From Acidobacteriota bacterium (GTDB taxonomy: Bacteria > Acidobacteriota > UBA6911 > RPQK01 > JAJDTT01): 64,000 bases of DNA. The position numbers and the translations under genes were made by a program. Positions 47,975-58,148 of the stretch are shown piece after piece (position 1 is the first letter of the stretch; every line of letters begins with the position of its first letter). The stretch is from positions 800,001-864,000 of the forward strand of contig OZ253580.1 in NCBI GenBank assembly GCA_965263035.1, written 5' to 3'. Below the pieces are notes generated by a model. That model saw only the letters and a program-made list of their open reading frames with translations, searched no databases and was not told the DNA's origin.

Positions 47975-49093
47975 TTACGGCGTACGGCACATTTCGTGGA
48001 TTCCCCCGGATCGTGCCGCCAAAAAGCCGCCGCCGAATCCATTATGGACGGCCAGGATCTCCGCCAGAATGCTGACCGCGATCTGCTCGGGACCCTCGGC
48101 TCCGATGTCCAGGCCCACGGGGTTGTGAATCCGATCCCGGGCCGCCGCATCGGGGCGAAAACCCTCGACGGCCAACTCATCCATGAGCTTCTGGAACCGG
48201 GGGCGGGGTCCCAGTACACCCACGTAGAGGGCTCCGCTCTCCAAGGCGTAGCGGATCCCGGCGCCATCCCGGTCCAACTGGTGGCTCATGATCAGAGCGT
48301 AGCTGCCGGCCGGCATCGCCACCTTCTCGGGGAATTCCGTGGGATGGGAGATTGTGGTCCTCGCTCCCGGGAAGCGCTCCGGCCGGTTCAAGGAGGGCCG
48401 GGGATCGACGACGTTCACGGAAAAGCCCAGACTCAACGCCAGCCGGACCACGGGCACGGCGTCCATGCCGGCCCCGAAAACGACAATCTCCAAGGGGGGG
48501 CGATTGACGTCCAGAAAGACGCGGGCGTTTCCCGAGGCGTAGACCCTGGACTGCGGAAGAGGTCGGCCCAGGATCTCACGGGCTGCCGGGATCACTTCTT
48601 GGCCCAATGCTTCCTGGGCCAGGGGACCCGCCGGCGACTCGCCCGGAGCCAGAAAAAGCCAACGCCCCAGAGACTCCGGTTCCGGGTCCGGTTCACAAAC
48701 GACGGCCCGAACCACCCTTTCCCCGTTCCTCAAGGCGCTCAGCCAACGTTCCCAGACCGGGTCCCGGCCGATGGGCTCCAGCAGGACGTGGACGACTCCT
48801 CCACAACCCAATCTCAATCCCCAGATCGCGTCCTCCGTGAGATCGAACACCTCCGTCATTGCCTGTCCCGTTTTGAAGACCCGGCTTGCCGCCCGCGCGA
48901 CTTCCGGTTCGAGGCATCCTCCCGAGATCATGCCCCGGAAGTCGCCGTCGGAGCCGATGACAAGCTTGGCTCCCTGCCGGCGGTATGCCGAGCCGGTGAT
49001 CTCGATGACTGTAGCCAGGACGGCGTCGCGGCCGCTTTCCAGGATTTCCTCGATGGCTCCAGCCAGCTCGGCAGACTCTCTCACGGTGGGCAC
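47975..49093 (-). CDS. XdhC/CoxI family Moco chaperone
   Basis: GSAYRRQGA, ISGGCLE, GCGG, FGAG, YVGVLG, PVGLDIGA..PEQIAVSI. Confidence 0.9.
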   Translation of the reverse strand: MPTVRESAELAGAIEEILESGRDAVLATVIEITGSAYRRQGAKLVIGSDGDFRGMISGGCLEPEVARAASRVFKTGQAMTEVFDLTEDAIWGLRLGCGGVVHVLLEPIGRDPVWERWLSALRNGERVVRAVVCEPDPEPESLGRWLFLAPGESPAGPLAQEALGQEVIPAAREILGRPLPQSRVYASGNARVFLDVNRPPLEIVVFGAGMDAVPVVRLALSLGFSVNVVDPRPSLNRPERFPGARTTISHPTEFPEKVAMPAGSYALIMSHQLDRDGAGIRYALESGALYVGVLGPRPRFQKLMDELAVEGFRPDAAARDRIHNPVGLDIGAEGPEQIAVSILAEILAVHNGFGGGFLAARSGGIHEMCRTP

Positions 49094-49161
49094 AGTTTAC
49101 CGGAGCGGAGGGAAGTTGAGGAGTGAGGAGTGTGAAGCAGATGGATGCAGGAGTCTGGGTG

Positions 49162-50313
49162 TCAGAGTCCGACGGCTTGACGCAGGGCTTCGGCTCTGTC
49201 GGTCCGTTCCCAGGCGAAGCCCTCGTCCTCCCGGCCGAAGTGCCCGAAGGCGGCCGTCTGCCGAAAGATGGGGCGCCTGAGCTGCAGGATCTCGATGATG
49301 TCCCCGGGGGTCAGACGGAAGTGCTCCCGAACCAGATTGCCGATGGTCTCCTCATCGACGGCTTCGGTCCCTTCCGCGTCCACGGCGACGGAGACCGGTT
49401 CGGACACTCCGATGGCGTAGGCCAGCTGAACCTTCAAGCGCTCGGCAAGTCCCGCGGCGACGCAGTTCTTGGCGATGTAGCGGGCCATGTAGGAGGCGGA
49501 ACGGTCGACCTTGGACGGGTCCTTCCCCGAGAAAGCGCCCCCTCCGTGGCCTCCCATGCCGCCGTAGGTGTCGACGATGATCTTCCGGCCCGTCACGCCG
49601 CAATCGCCCTGAGGGCCGCCCACCACGAACCGTCCCGTCGGGTTGATGTGGATCGTCGTGTCCCCGTCCATGAGTCCGCCGGGAACCACCGCGTGGATCA
49701 CCTGTTCCCGGATGCCATCACACAAATCCTCGTAGGAGATGTCGGGGCTGTGCTGCGTCGAGACCACGACGGTATCGACACGGACCGGTTTCGTCCCGTC
49801 GTACTCCACCGTAACCTGCGACTTTCCGTCCGGACGCAGCCAGTTCAGGATTCCCTGGCGTCGGCATTCGGACAGACGTCGGGTGAGCGCGTGCGCCAGC
49901 ATGATGGGCAGCGGCATCAACTGAGGGGTTTCGGTGCAGGCGTAACCGAACATGAGTCCCTGGTCGCCCGCCCCCCCGGTGTCCACACCCAAGGCGATAT
50001 CGGGCGACTGCCGGTCCACGGAACAGATCACGCCGCAGGTCTCGTAGTCGAACCCGTACTTGGCGCGCGTATATCCCACATCGCGAATGATTTGGCGGGC
50101 AATCCCGGAATAGTCGGGAGTGCAGGTGGTGGTCACTTCACCGGCGATGACCACCAGACCGGTCGTCACCAGAGTCTCGCAGGCCACCCGTCCCTGAGGG
50201 TCTTCCGTCAGGACCGCGTCCAGTACCCCATCGGAAATCTGGTCCGCAATCTTGTCGGGGTGCCCCTCGGTGACCGATTCCGAGCTGAACAGGTGTCGAC
50301 TCTTTGGCGCCAT
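49162..50313 (-). CDS. metK: S-adenosylmethionine synthetase
   Basis: [37 protein letters not shown]. Confidence 0.97.
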   Translation of the reverse strand: MAPKSRHLFSSESVTEGHPDKIADQISDGVLDAVLTEDPQGRVACETLVTTGLVVIAGEVTTTCTPDYSGIARQIIRDVGYTRAKYGFDYETCGVICSVDRQSPDIALGVDTGGAGDQGLMFGYACTETPQLMPLPIMLAHALTRRLSECRRQGILNWLRPDGKSQVTVEYDGTKPVRVDTVVVSTQHSPDISYEDLCDGIREQVIHAVVPGGLMDGDTTIHINPTGRFVVGGPQGDCGVTGRKIIVDTYGGMGGHGGGAFSGKDPSKVDRSASYMARYIAKNCVAAGLAERLKVQLAYAIGVSEPVSVAVDAEGTEAVDEETIGNLVREHFRLTPGDIIEILQLRRPIFRQTAAFGHFGREDEGFAWERTDRAEALRQAVGL

Positions 50314-50367
50314 GCACTCTGGTCCTCATTGTTTGGAGATTTGTCAGGTGACCGCCGGAGACGGCAA

Positions 50368-50397
50368 TAACTAGCACAGGGCCCCGCGGAGTGTCAA
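50368..50397 (-). promoter_or_regulatory. Candidate sigma70 promoter of metK
   Basis: Perfect TTGACA, 18-nt spacer ending in TGC, then TAGTTA (a weak -10), about 55 nt upstream of the ATG. Confidence 0.4.
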
Positions 50398-50525
50398 CGC
50401 GGGCGGATGCACGGTATCGTTCGTACGTGAAGTGTCAGGTCCTATTGGCAGGTGAACTGCGCGGGCCAAGTGGCCCCGGGTTAGCCCGAATTCCTCACCA
50501 GAAAGATAGAAGAATATCGTTGTTT

Positions 50526-50562
50526 GTGACGTAAGTGATTTTGAAAAAACCACTTACGTCAC
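50526..50562. repeat. Inverted repeat with 12-bp perfect arms
   Basis: GTGACGTAAGTG-ATTTTGAAAAAAC-CACTTACGTCAC. Confidence 0.8.
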
Positions 50563-50683
50563 CACAGGAACGCGACATCTTGTGTGGTGAGCACCCGTTG
50601 TGGGTACGACTACGTTCCTCGGATCGAGGGGACACCCACATTCCTTTGTCCCGTAACCACGTCCCTTCAATTCTGCCCGCCTA

Positions 50684-51902
50684 GTACCCCATAACATGTA
50701 ATTGGTCGTATACTATAGTAGGAGGCTGGAGAACTCGGAAGGAGGGGTTCTCATGGCACCACGCTATCGTGTCACGCTCACTGTGGAAGAGCGCTCGGAA
50801 TTGAAGGCATTGACCCGGGCCGCGACCAAGACCACCGGCAAGCGGTTCCTGTACGCACGGGCTCTATTGTTGTGCGACCGCGGGTCGGAGGGGCCGGGAT
50901 GGACCGTGGCCCGGGTGGCCGAGGCGCTGGGCGTCTCAACCCGCACGGTCGAGCGCTTGAAACGGCGGTTTGTGGAGCAGGGTCTGGAGTTCGCCTTGGA
51001 GCGCAAGCGGCGGGTGCGGCCGCCGCGGGAAGTCATCTTCGACGGTGTGTTCGAGGCTCGCTTGGTCGCCTTGGCCTGTTCCCAGGCCCCGCCGGGGCGG
51101 AAGCGCTGGACCCTGCGCCTGCTGGCGGAGAAAGTAGTGGAACTGGGCTGGGTCGAGCGGGTGTCGGTGATGACGGTGCAGCGGACGCTAAAAAAAACCA
51201 ACTGCAGCCTCATCGGAAGAAGTATTGGCGGATCCCGCCGCGGGGCAGCGCCGCATTTGTAGCCTGCATGGAGGACGTTTTGGAAGTCTATGCCCGTGCC
51301 TACCATCCCCGTCGGCCGGTGGTCTGCATGGATGAGACCCACAAGCAGTTGATCGGCGAAGTGCGGGAGCCGCTGCCCGTGGAGCCGGGCCAGCCGGAGC
51401 GGATCGAGCACGAGTACGTGCGCAACGGGGTCGCGCAGATCTTCCTGGAGGTGGAGCCGCTGACCGGCCGCAGCCATGTGGAGGCGGGCGAGCGGCGTAC
51501 GCGCCAGGATTGGGCCCGCTGGATTGAGGGCATGCTGGAGAGGCGATATCCGGAGGCCGAGCGGGTGGTCCTGGTCATGGACAACCTGAACACGCACGGA
51601 ATCGAATCGCTGTACGCGACCTACGAGCCCCGACACGCTCGCCAACTGGCGGAACGACTCGAAATCCATTACACGCCGAAGCACGGGAGCTGGCTCAACA
51701 TTGCGGAAATCGAACTGAGCACGCTGTGCGGACAATGCCTCGACCGCCGCATTCCAAGCTTGGCCCAGATGCAACGCGAGATCGAGGCTTGGGTCGGCGA
51801 TCGGAATCAACGGAAAACCGAGATCAACTGGCAATTCAAGACGGAGGATGCACGGATCAAGCTGAAGAGCCTGTACCCGAAACTTTAAGTGTTAATAGGT
51901 AC
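50684..51902 (+). mobile_element. IS630-family insertion sequence, about 1.22 kb, inserted in a CTAG site with TA duplication
   Basis: Left end C-TA-GTACCCCATAACA and right end TGTTAATAGGTAC-TA-G form imperfect terminal IRs enclosing a DDE transposase. Confidence 0.92.
50753..51888 (+). CDS. IS630 transposase in two ORFs joined by a -1 frameshift at the A8 run (51190-51197)
   Basis: HTH ORF MAPRYRVTL...RWTLRLLA...QRTLKK continues in the -1 frame as KKNQLQPH...CMDE...MDNLNTH...YTPKHGSWLNIAEIE. Confidence 0.9.
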
Positions 51903-51932
51903 TAGCTCGATGTGACCTCGATTAATTTGCCT

Positions 51933-53435
51933 CTAGGCAATGATTGTGTCGAGAACCTTTCCGCCGATATCGGTCAGCCTTCTGAAGCGTCCTTCGTGGA
52001 GGTAGGTCAACCTTTCGTCGTGCAGACCGAGGAGATTCAAAATAGTCGCGTGGACGTCGCGCATGTGAATTGGCTGGCCAATTTGGCCTATGCCGAACTC
52101 ATCCGTCTCGCCGACTCGTGAACCGCCTTTGACGTCTCCACCCGCCAGCCACATGACCAGTCCATACTGGTTATGGTCCCGGCCGGGCTTGTCGCCGTAC
52201 AGATCGTTGATAAAAGAGGTGCGCCCCATTTCAGACGCCCAGACGACAAGCGTTTCTTCCAGCAGTCCCTCCCTCTTCAGGTCCTTGAGCAGCGCAGCTA
52301 CGGGTTGATCCACCTCGATTGCGTGCCGTGGAAGCCGGCCTTTGATATTGCCGTGGTCGTCCCAACTACTCTTGCCGTTCTCGACTCCGTGAACGACAAG
52401 ACTGTAGCGTACTCCCTTTTGCACGAGGCGCTTTGCCAGCAGACACTGACGTCCAAAAGCCTCCGTAAGAGGATTGTCAAGTCCGTACATCTTCCTGGTC
52501 AATTCCGATTCCTTGGACAGATCCACAACTTCCGGGGCTTCGGCTTGCATGCGGAACGCCAATTCATAGGCGTTGATGCGTGCCTCCAACTCCGAGGCGT
52601 CCGGTCGCCCGGCCTTATGCCGGCGGTTGAGCCACGTCAACAGGTCGAACTCTTCACGCTGCTGTCTTCGGCTGATCCCTACAGGCGGTTTCAGGTCGAG
52701 AATGGGCGTGCCGACGGAGCGAAAGAGGGTACCTTGATAAGAAGCGGGCAAGAAACCGCTTCCGCGCACGCCCGCGCCGTTGATGGGAGCTCCCCTCGGG
52801 TCCTGAATGACAACGTAGCCGGGAAGATTCTGGTTGGAGCTTCCCAGCCCATATGTTATCCAGGCACCCACTGAAGGGTCGCCCGGAAACTGGGAGCCGG
52901 TATTCACGTGGAGCGTGGCCGGTCCGTGATTGTTGTTATCCACCTCGATGCCGAAAATGAATGCCAGATCGTCGACACAGTCGCTGAGGTGCGGAAACAG
53001 GGTGGAAATATAATGTCCCGACTTCCCGGCCCTCTTGAATTCCCAGGGGCTGGGAATGACCTGGTGGGGCGCGTTCAGAAATCCGTCTATTTCACCGCTG
53101 AAACCTGTCATTCTGGGAACCCGCTGTCCCGCGAATTCCTGCAGTGCCGGTTTGTAGTCGAATGTGTCCATCTGGCTCACGCCTCCGGACATGAAGAGGA
53201 AAATGCAGTGCTTTGCCTTGCGCGGAAAGTACTGCGCACGGGCAGCGAGCGGATTTGGCAGCGTAGGTGCCGCGCCTAGTCGCTCGGCGAGAATCCCGGC
53301 TAAGGCGAGGGCTCCGATTCCGTTATATGAACGGGATAGGAATTCCCGGCGAGAGCAGGCATTGGGACCGAAACCGGTACACCGTCCACTCGATTGATTC
53401 GGGGAACACTGCGGATATTCTACTCTTTTCTTCAC
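51933..53435 (-). CDS. DUF1501 family protein (Tat-type leader)
   Basis: SRREFL, CIFLFMSGGVSQMDTFDYKP, YELAFRMQ, WDDH, EMGRT, GRDH, RLTD. Confidence 0.9.
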   Translation of the reverse strand: MKKRVEYPQCSPNQSSGRCTGFGPNACSRREFLSRSYNGIGALALAGILAERLGAAPTLPNPLAARAQYFPRKAKHCIFLFMSGGVSQMDTFDYKPALQEFAGQRVPRMTGFSGEIDGFLNAPHQVIPSPWEFKRAGKSGHYISTLFPHLSDCVDDLAFIFGIEVDNNNHGPATLHVNTGSQFPGDPSVGAWITYGLGSSNQNLPGYVVIQDPRGAPINGAGVRGSGFLPASYQGTLFRSVGTPILDLKPPVGISRRQQREEFDLLTWLNRRHKAGRPDASELEARINAYELAFRMQAEAPEVVDLSKESELTRKMYGLDNPLTEAFGRQCLLAKRLVQKGVRYSLVVHGVENGKSSWDDHGNIKGRLPRHAIEVDQPVAALLKDLKREGLLEETLVVWASEMGRTSFINDLYGDKPGRDHNQYGLVMWLAGGDVKGGSRVGETDEFGIGQIGQPIHMRDVHATILNLLGLHDERLTYLHEGRFRRLTDIGGKVLDTIIA

Positions 53436-53444
53436 GACGTACTC

Positions 53445-56174
53445 CTAGTCGACATAGAGTAACTCGTTACTGTTTAAGAGAACCCGGCACAGGGCCACCA
53501 GGGCCTCCCGACCGGATTCCAGGGTGCTGACGAACCTTTGTGCCTCGCTGAGTTCATCCGGGTCCGGATTGCGTCCGAACGTCAACTGAAAAGCTCTCCG
53601 GACATGTCCGCCGTTCTGAGAACCGCTCTCCCTGACGATTCGTTCGGCAATGGCTTCGGCTTCAGTATTCACAAAACCACTATCGTACATGGTCAGAGCC
53701 TGCAGCGGGGTAACCGAGATTTCTCGGCGTTCGCACGGAAGCGTGAGAGAAGGCGAGTCGAAGACTTCCAGGAATGGCAGTGGCTGTGAACGGCGCTGGT
53801 ACACATAAATGCTCCGTCTCCACGCATCAGGCTCTTGGGAAGTGTCCCAGCGGGCCGCCCCGCGTGTCTCGGCCGAAAGCTGCTGGGCCAGCCCCTTCGG
53901 CAGCGGTGGGAAGACCGGCGGGCCGCCTCTTTGTCCATTCAGGTGTCCGCTCACTTCCAGGATTGTGTCTCGAATTACTTCGGCTTCCAGGCGGCGGCGG
54001 TCAAAACGCCACAGCAATCTGTTTTCGGGGTCGATTCCTTCAGCTTTCGGGTCCTCCCGGAAAGATGACTGACGGAAGGTACTCGAAGTCAGGATCAGCC
54101 TTTGGACTGCCTTGATGCTCCACTCGTCCTCCACGAAACGAAGAGCCAGCCAATCCAGAAACTCGGGATGAGTCGGAGGCTTTCCGTTTTTTCCAAAATT
54201 GCTCGCAGTCTCCACAATGCCGCGGCCGAAGTTGAACTGCCAGAGACGGTTGACCATGACGCGTGATGTCAGCGGATTCGCTGAACTGGAAATCCAGTTC
54301 GCCAAAGCCATGCGGCGGCCCCGACTCGGGTGTTTCTTGTAACGATCGATTTCTATGGTTGCGGGTCTGGAATGCCCCGTGATGGCACTGGGAAATCCCG
54401 GCTCAACCGGCTCTCCCGGTTGGTCATGCTGTCCCCGGTTGAGGACGTAGATGGCGGGAACGCTGGGTGCGTACGGGGGGCCGTCGAAGTTGGTCAGGGA
54501 CATGGCCATCGGCTGAAGCCGCTCGACAGCCCTTTCGAGAGCCAGAATATCAGCGGTGTACTGATTGAACTCTCCCTTCTCTGCGGACGAGAACAACTCC
54601 TCCTGCTTCTCAAAACCCACCGTATTGTCCGCTTCGTTGTCAATGGCTTTCTTTAAATCGCGGAGTGTAACAAGGGGCTTTTCGCCCTCCTGGTCTGTTG
54701 CTCTCACCTGCGCAATTTTTTTCGTGATCTCATTGAGTTCCGCCGTCTTGTCGGCGAGCGCCACTTCGAGTTCCCGTCTCTTAGCGTCCAATTCCGGCGC
54801 CGGCACCTCGCTGACCACCCGAAGATCGCCTCTGGCTTTCTCGATCTCGAGCGCCAAGTCGTCTCTCCGCTTATCCAGCTTCGATGTTTCACGGCGCTTG
54901 GCGACTGTCAGCCTTTCCAGAAGGGGCTTATGAAATCTCTCAAATTGCGCCCTCAAATCCTTCAGTTGCTCTTCGCGCAGAGACCGACGGGCATCGAAAC
55001 GCTCCTTGTCTCCCGGGCGATAAAACTCGGCGGGCAGCGGGCCTCCGACCTCGATCTTGGCCCGCGGTATCCTGACTGCCGCGAAGAAAGCCTTCATTCG
55101 GTAAAAGTCTCGGGTCGGGATCGGGTCGTATTTGTGATCGTGACATTTGGCGCAACCCATGGTCAGACCCAGGAAAACGGTGCTGACAGTGGTCGTCATT
55201 TCGCTCAGCAACAGGTCGCGGGATTCCTCACCGCGCGGCTCCGTAAAAGGGGCTAATCGAAGAAACGTCAGTGCGACCGCCTGCTCTGGTTCTGCCGGCG
55301 GCGGATAACCTGCCGCAGAAGTGACTTTGAAAAACTCGTCACCTGCAATTTGTTCCTTGATGAACCGGTCGTAAGGTTTGTCATGGTTGAAAGCATCGAT
55401 TACATAGTCCCGATAACGCCACGCATGTGGAAAATCCCGATCTCCTTCGTAGCCGTTGGTGTCCGCATAGCGGGCCACGTCCAACCAGTGACGGGCCCAG
55501 CGTTCCCCGTAGCGCGGATCGGCCAGCAGTCGGTCGACCAGATCTTCATAGGCGGTGGGAGATGGATCATTGACGAAACTTGCGATCTCTTCGTACGGCG
55601 GCGGCAGTCCAATCAAGTTGAAATAGAGCCGGCGAATGAGAACACTGCGATGGGCCTCGGGTGAGGGAGACAGACCCTTGTCCTCGAGCTTTCTGAGAAT
55701 GAAGTAGTCGATCTCGTTCCTGGCCCAGTCTCTCGCGTGGACCTTCGGAACCGTGTGTAGGAGAGACTTCTTGAAGGCCCAGTAATCGCGCCCGGGACCT
55801 GCTTCATTGTCCGGCTTCAGTTCCCGGATCCAGGCTTCAATCGCGACAATATCACTCTCGGGCAACGACACCGACGAGTCGAAGGGCATTCTCGGTGTCA
55901 GTTGACCCCGCAATAGCTGAACAAGCGGGCTTTCCTCGGGCCGGCCTGGTTCGACGGCGGCTCCACGCCGGGCGCCTCCCTTCAGAATCGACTCCAAGCT
56001 CCCGATGGAAAAACCACTCATTCTGGTCGATTCGTCATGGCAGGAAAGACATTTGGACTCCAGGATGTCCCGAACTGCTTGGGGAGGTTCGTCTCCGGGA
56101 TATGACGTGCCCAAGAGGGCACCAAGCCCCATCAGAAAGGCCAAGTTTGCTGTTAGCACCCTGAAGAAGCTCAA
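53445..56174 (-). CDS. Planctomycete cytochrome c + DUF1549/DUF1553 (PSD1) domain protein
   Basis: CLSCH, YGERWARHWLDVARYADT, CAKCHDHKYDP, NRLWQ, PTHPEFLDWLA, RRLEAE, TPLQAL, LLNSNE. Confidence 0.92.
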   Translation of the reverse strand: MSFFRVLTANLAFLMGLGALLGTSYPGDEPPQAVRDILESKCLSCHDESTRMSGFSIGSLESILKGGARRGAAVEPGRPEESPLVQLLRGQLTPRMPFDSSVSLPESDIVAIEAWIRELKPDNEAGPGRDYWAFKKSLLHTVPKVHARDWARNEIDYFILRKLEDKGLSPSPEAHRSVLIRRLYFNLIGLPPPYEEIASFVNDPSPTAYEDLVDRLLADPRYGERWARHWLDVARYADTNGYEGDRDFPHAWRYRDYVIDAFNHDKPYDRFIKEQIAGDEFFKVTSAAGYPPPAEPEQAVALTFLRLAPFTEPRGEESRDLLLSEMTTTVSTVFLGLTMGCAKCHDHKYDPIPTRDFYRMKAFFAAVRIPRAKIEVGGPLPAEFYRPGDKERFDARRSLREEQLKDLRAQFERFHKPLLERLTVAKRRETSKLDKRRDDLALEIEKARGDLRVVSEVPAPELDAKRRELEVALADKTAELNEITKKIAQVRATDQEGEKPLVTLRDLKKAIDNEADNTVGFEKQEELFSSAEKGEFNQYTADILALERAVERLQPMAMSLTNFDGPPYAPSVPAIYVLNRGQHDQPGEPVEPGFPSAITGHSRPATIEIDRYKKHPSRGRRMALANWISSSANPLTSRVMVNRLWQFNFGRGIVETASNFGKNGKPPTHPEFLDWLALRFVEDEWSIKAVQRLILTSSTFRQSSFREDPKAEGIDPENRLLWRFDRRRLEAEVIRDTILEVSGHLNGQRGGPPVFPPLPKGLAQQLSAETRGAARWDTSQEPDAWRRSIYVYQRRSQPLPFLEVFDSPSLTLPCERREISVTPLQALTMYDSGFVNTEAEAIAERIVRESGSQNGGHVRRAFQLTFGRNPDPDELSEAQRFVSTLESGREALVALCRVLLNSNELLYVD

Positions 56175-56439
56175 CTCAATCCACTCTCTGGGGTATTGTT
56201 CGCCACGATCCGGTAATTCCCCCTAAAGTACCGTCGATACAGAGGTTATGTCAAGCTGGATCCGCATCATGGAAGTGGGCTTTGACCCGCGGCCCACCCC
56301 CCGATCGCTCCTTAAATTTCCTGTTACGTGATCGTACCCCATTACCGAGGCTATAATTGGCCACAGACCCTTCATTCAAAAGGCTGCATCCCGGACTGGA
56401 AACGGTCTTACGGATTTTTATTCATGAGGAGCCAAGAAA

Positions 56440-57936
56440 ATGCTGAGACGTAAATTCATCGAACTTGGGGTCGGGTCAGGACTCGCCGGCGCTGCTGCAA
56501 GTGGGCGGATCTCCGTTGGAAGTCCCGCAACCGTGGCAGGCCGGAAGGTCGAAACGCCACCGATTCTGAGCTCCTACACCTCTGAGGATCATCGGCGACG
56601 ACTGCAGAACATCGCACGCTGCGAGGCAGCCATCCCGAAATACGTTCGAAGGCACCTCATCACCGACTACATTCCGGGTCAGGCTGTGTACAACCTGGGC
56701 GAATACCCTTGCCGAAAACCCTGGGATCCGGACGAGTATGACGAGCGTCAATTGGACGAGCTGTGGAATAACGGCATTCGACTCGTCCAAGTCATGGAGG
56801 ATTGGAACGATTTGCTCCGGCTTTTTGGCGGTGACAAATATACCTCCGTCAATCCGGCCGGTCTCAGGCGATTCATCGACATGGTTCACCAGAGGGGCAT
56901 GAAAATCCTCCTCTACACTTCGACGGGCCACTTCCAGATCACAGACCCCGATTACCGCCCTGAGTGGGCTCGCCCCGGATTCTCGACGCGGGCCGCTCAT
57001 TGGCAGTTGATGCATTGCTCCGCGGCCAGTGCCGGCTGGCGGGCATACGTTCTCCCGCGGACTCTACGGCTCATGGACGAGTATGAGATCGATGGCCTTT
57101 ACAATGACGCCGGTTCCAGGCGCTTGCACCGCGACCCGGAACTCGCCACCAGCGATGAGGTGCTGGCCTTCGAGGAAAGCCCGGACAATGACGGAGCCTT
57201 GGGTGACATGCTCTCCCTGATCTACTCCGAGGTCAAACGACGAGGCGGTATCTACAAGATTCATCTACATGATTCCCAGCACCCGAGTACAGCGGAACAA
57301 CTCTGGGATTATCTGTGGGTGGGAGAGGGGTTGTCGAATGCGGACCGGCTGCGGGAGGAAACCAAGAGGCATGATCCTTATCTGGTCCCAATTTTCGACT
57401 GGCGCGATGGAAAACTAGAAAGCGACGAGGAGATGTTCCTGCACACCATTCCTTTTATGCAGTTTCCAGGGCTTCTGGCGGGTCGGCCTTTCACGGGCGA
57501 GAGGTCTGTCATTCCGGGCGTTGACTACCAGGCACACCCCCTCCTTGACAATTGGCGGGAGAGATGGCGTTACCATCAGGAACACCCCGACGGGCCCTAC
57601 AGCTACGGTCCCTGGGACGCCTTTCCCGGCAGACCCAGCATCCGAACTGCCCACGCCCGCTGGCTGAAGCGGTATTACCCTCTGGTCGAAACGGGCACGT
57701 ACGCCTACCTGGAGATCGAGAACAGCCGCCTGCTGGCCGGCCGGCCGGCCAGTGACGTTGTGGCGTCCGTGTTCGTGAATCTCGATATCCACCTGGTGCT
57801 GGCGAACTACGCAAGAACATCGGCGCAAATTGAAACGACCGATTCCTATTTTTCCGTTTCCGACGATTCGGCGTCGCCTGGGAAGAGGTTCGTACTGCCA
57901 CCGCGCTCGCTTCTCATACTTCGACAATCGACGTGA
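56440..57936 (+). CDS. Tat-exported hypothetical protein, probable glycoside hydrolase-like TIM barrel
   Basis: MLRRKFIELG twin-arginine leader, LRRFIDMVHQRGMKILLY, YEIDGLYNDAG. Confidence 0.65.
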   Translation: MLRRKFIELGVGSGLAGAAASGRISVGSPATVAGRKVETPPILSSYTSEDHRRRLQNIARCEAAIPKYVRRHLITDYIPGQAVYNLGEYPCRKPWDPDEYDERQLDELWNNGIRLVQVMEDWNDLLRLFGGDKYTSVNPAGLRRFIDMVHQRGMKILLYTSTGHFQITDPDYRPEWARPGFSTRAAHWQLMHCSAASAGWRAYVLPRTLRLMDEYEIDGLYNDAGSRRLHRDPELATSDEVLAFEESPDNDGALGDMLSLIYSEVKRRGGIYKIHLHDSQHPSTAEQLWDYLWVGEGLSNADRLREETKRHDPYLVPIFDWRDGKLESDEEMFLHTIPFMQFPGLLAGRPFTGERSVIPGVDYQAHPLLDNWRERWRYHQEHPDGPYSYGPWDAFPGRPSIRTAHARWLKRYYPLVETGTYAYLEIENSRLLAGRPASDVVASVFVNLDIHLVLANYARTSAQIETTDSYFSVSDDSASPGKRFVLPPRSLLILRQST

Positions 57937-58148
57937 CATAATGACCACAGCGTGTACCAGAACAACGCTGATATTTCAGGAATTGGACAGGCTGGAATAC
58001 GGTCGTGGGCGACCTGAAGGACCGAGGTTGCCTCGCATTGCCAAGCCTTAACAGCCCGTGGCAAAAGTCATCACGGCATTCGACCGTCCCTGCATCCCGG
58101 CGGGCGCAGGAACGGTCTCGGTGCTCGCGGGACTTTCACCACGAACTG

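Noticed and set aside
50314-50370. SAM riboswitch upstream of metK
   Set aside because: The short leader shows no recognisable SAM-I, SAM-II, SAM-V or SAM-SAH consensus by eye. An Rfam/Infernal scan would be decisive.
2471-50370. Long overlapping or antisense ORFs (e.g. 2471-4024, 17290-19851, 44303-46675, 49123-50370)
   Set aside because: These are shadow frames of well-supported genes, expected in GC-rich DNA, and carry no recognisable motifs.
51190-51197. IS630 transposase as a pseudogene
   Set aside because: A -1 shift at an A-run after the HTH domain is a normal feature of this IS family.
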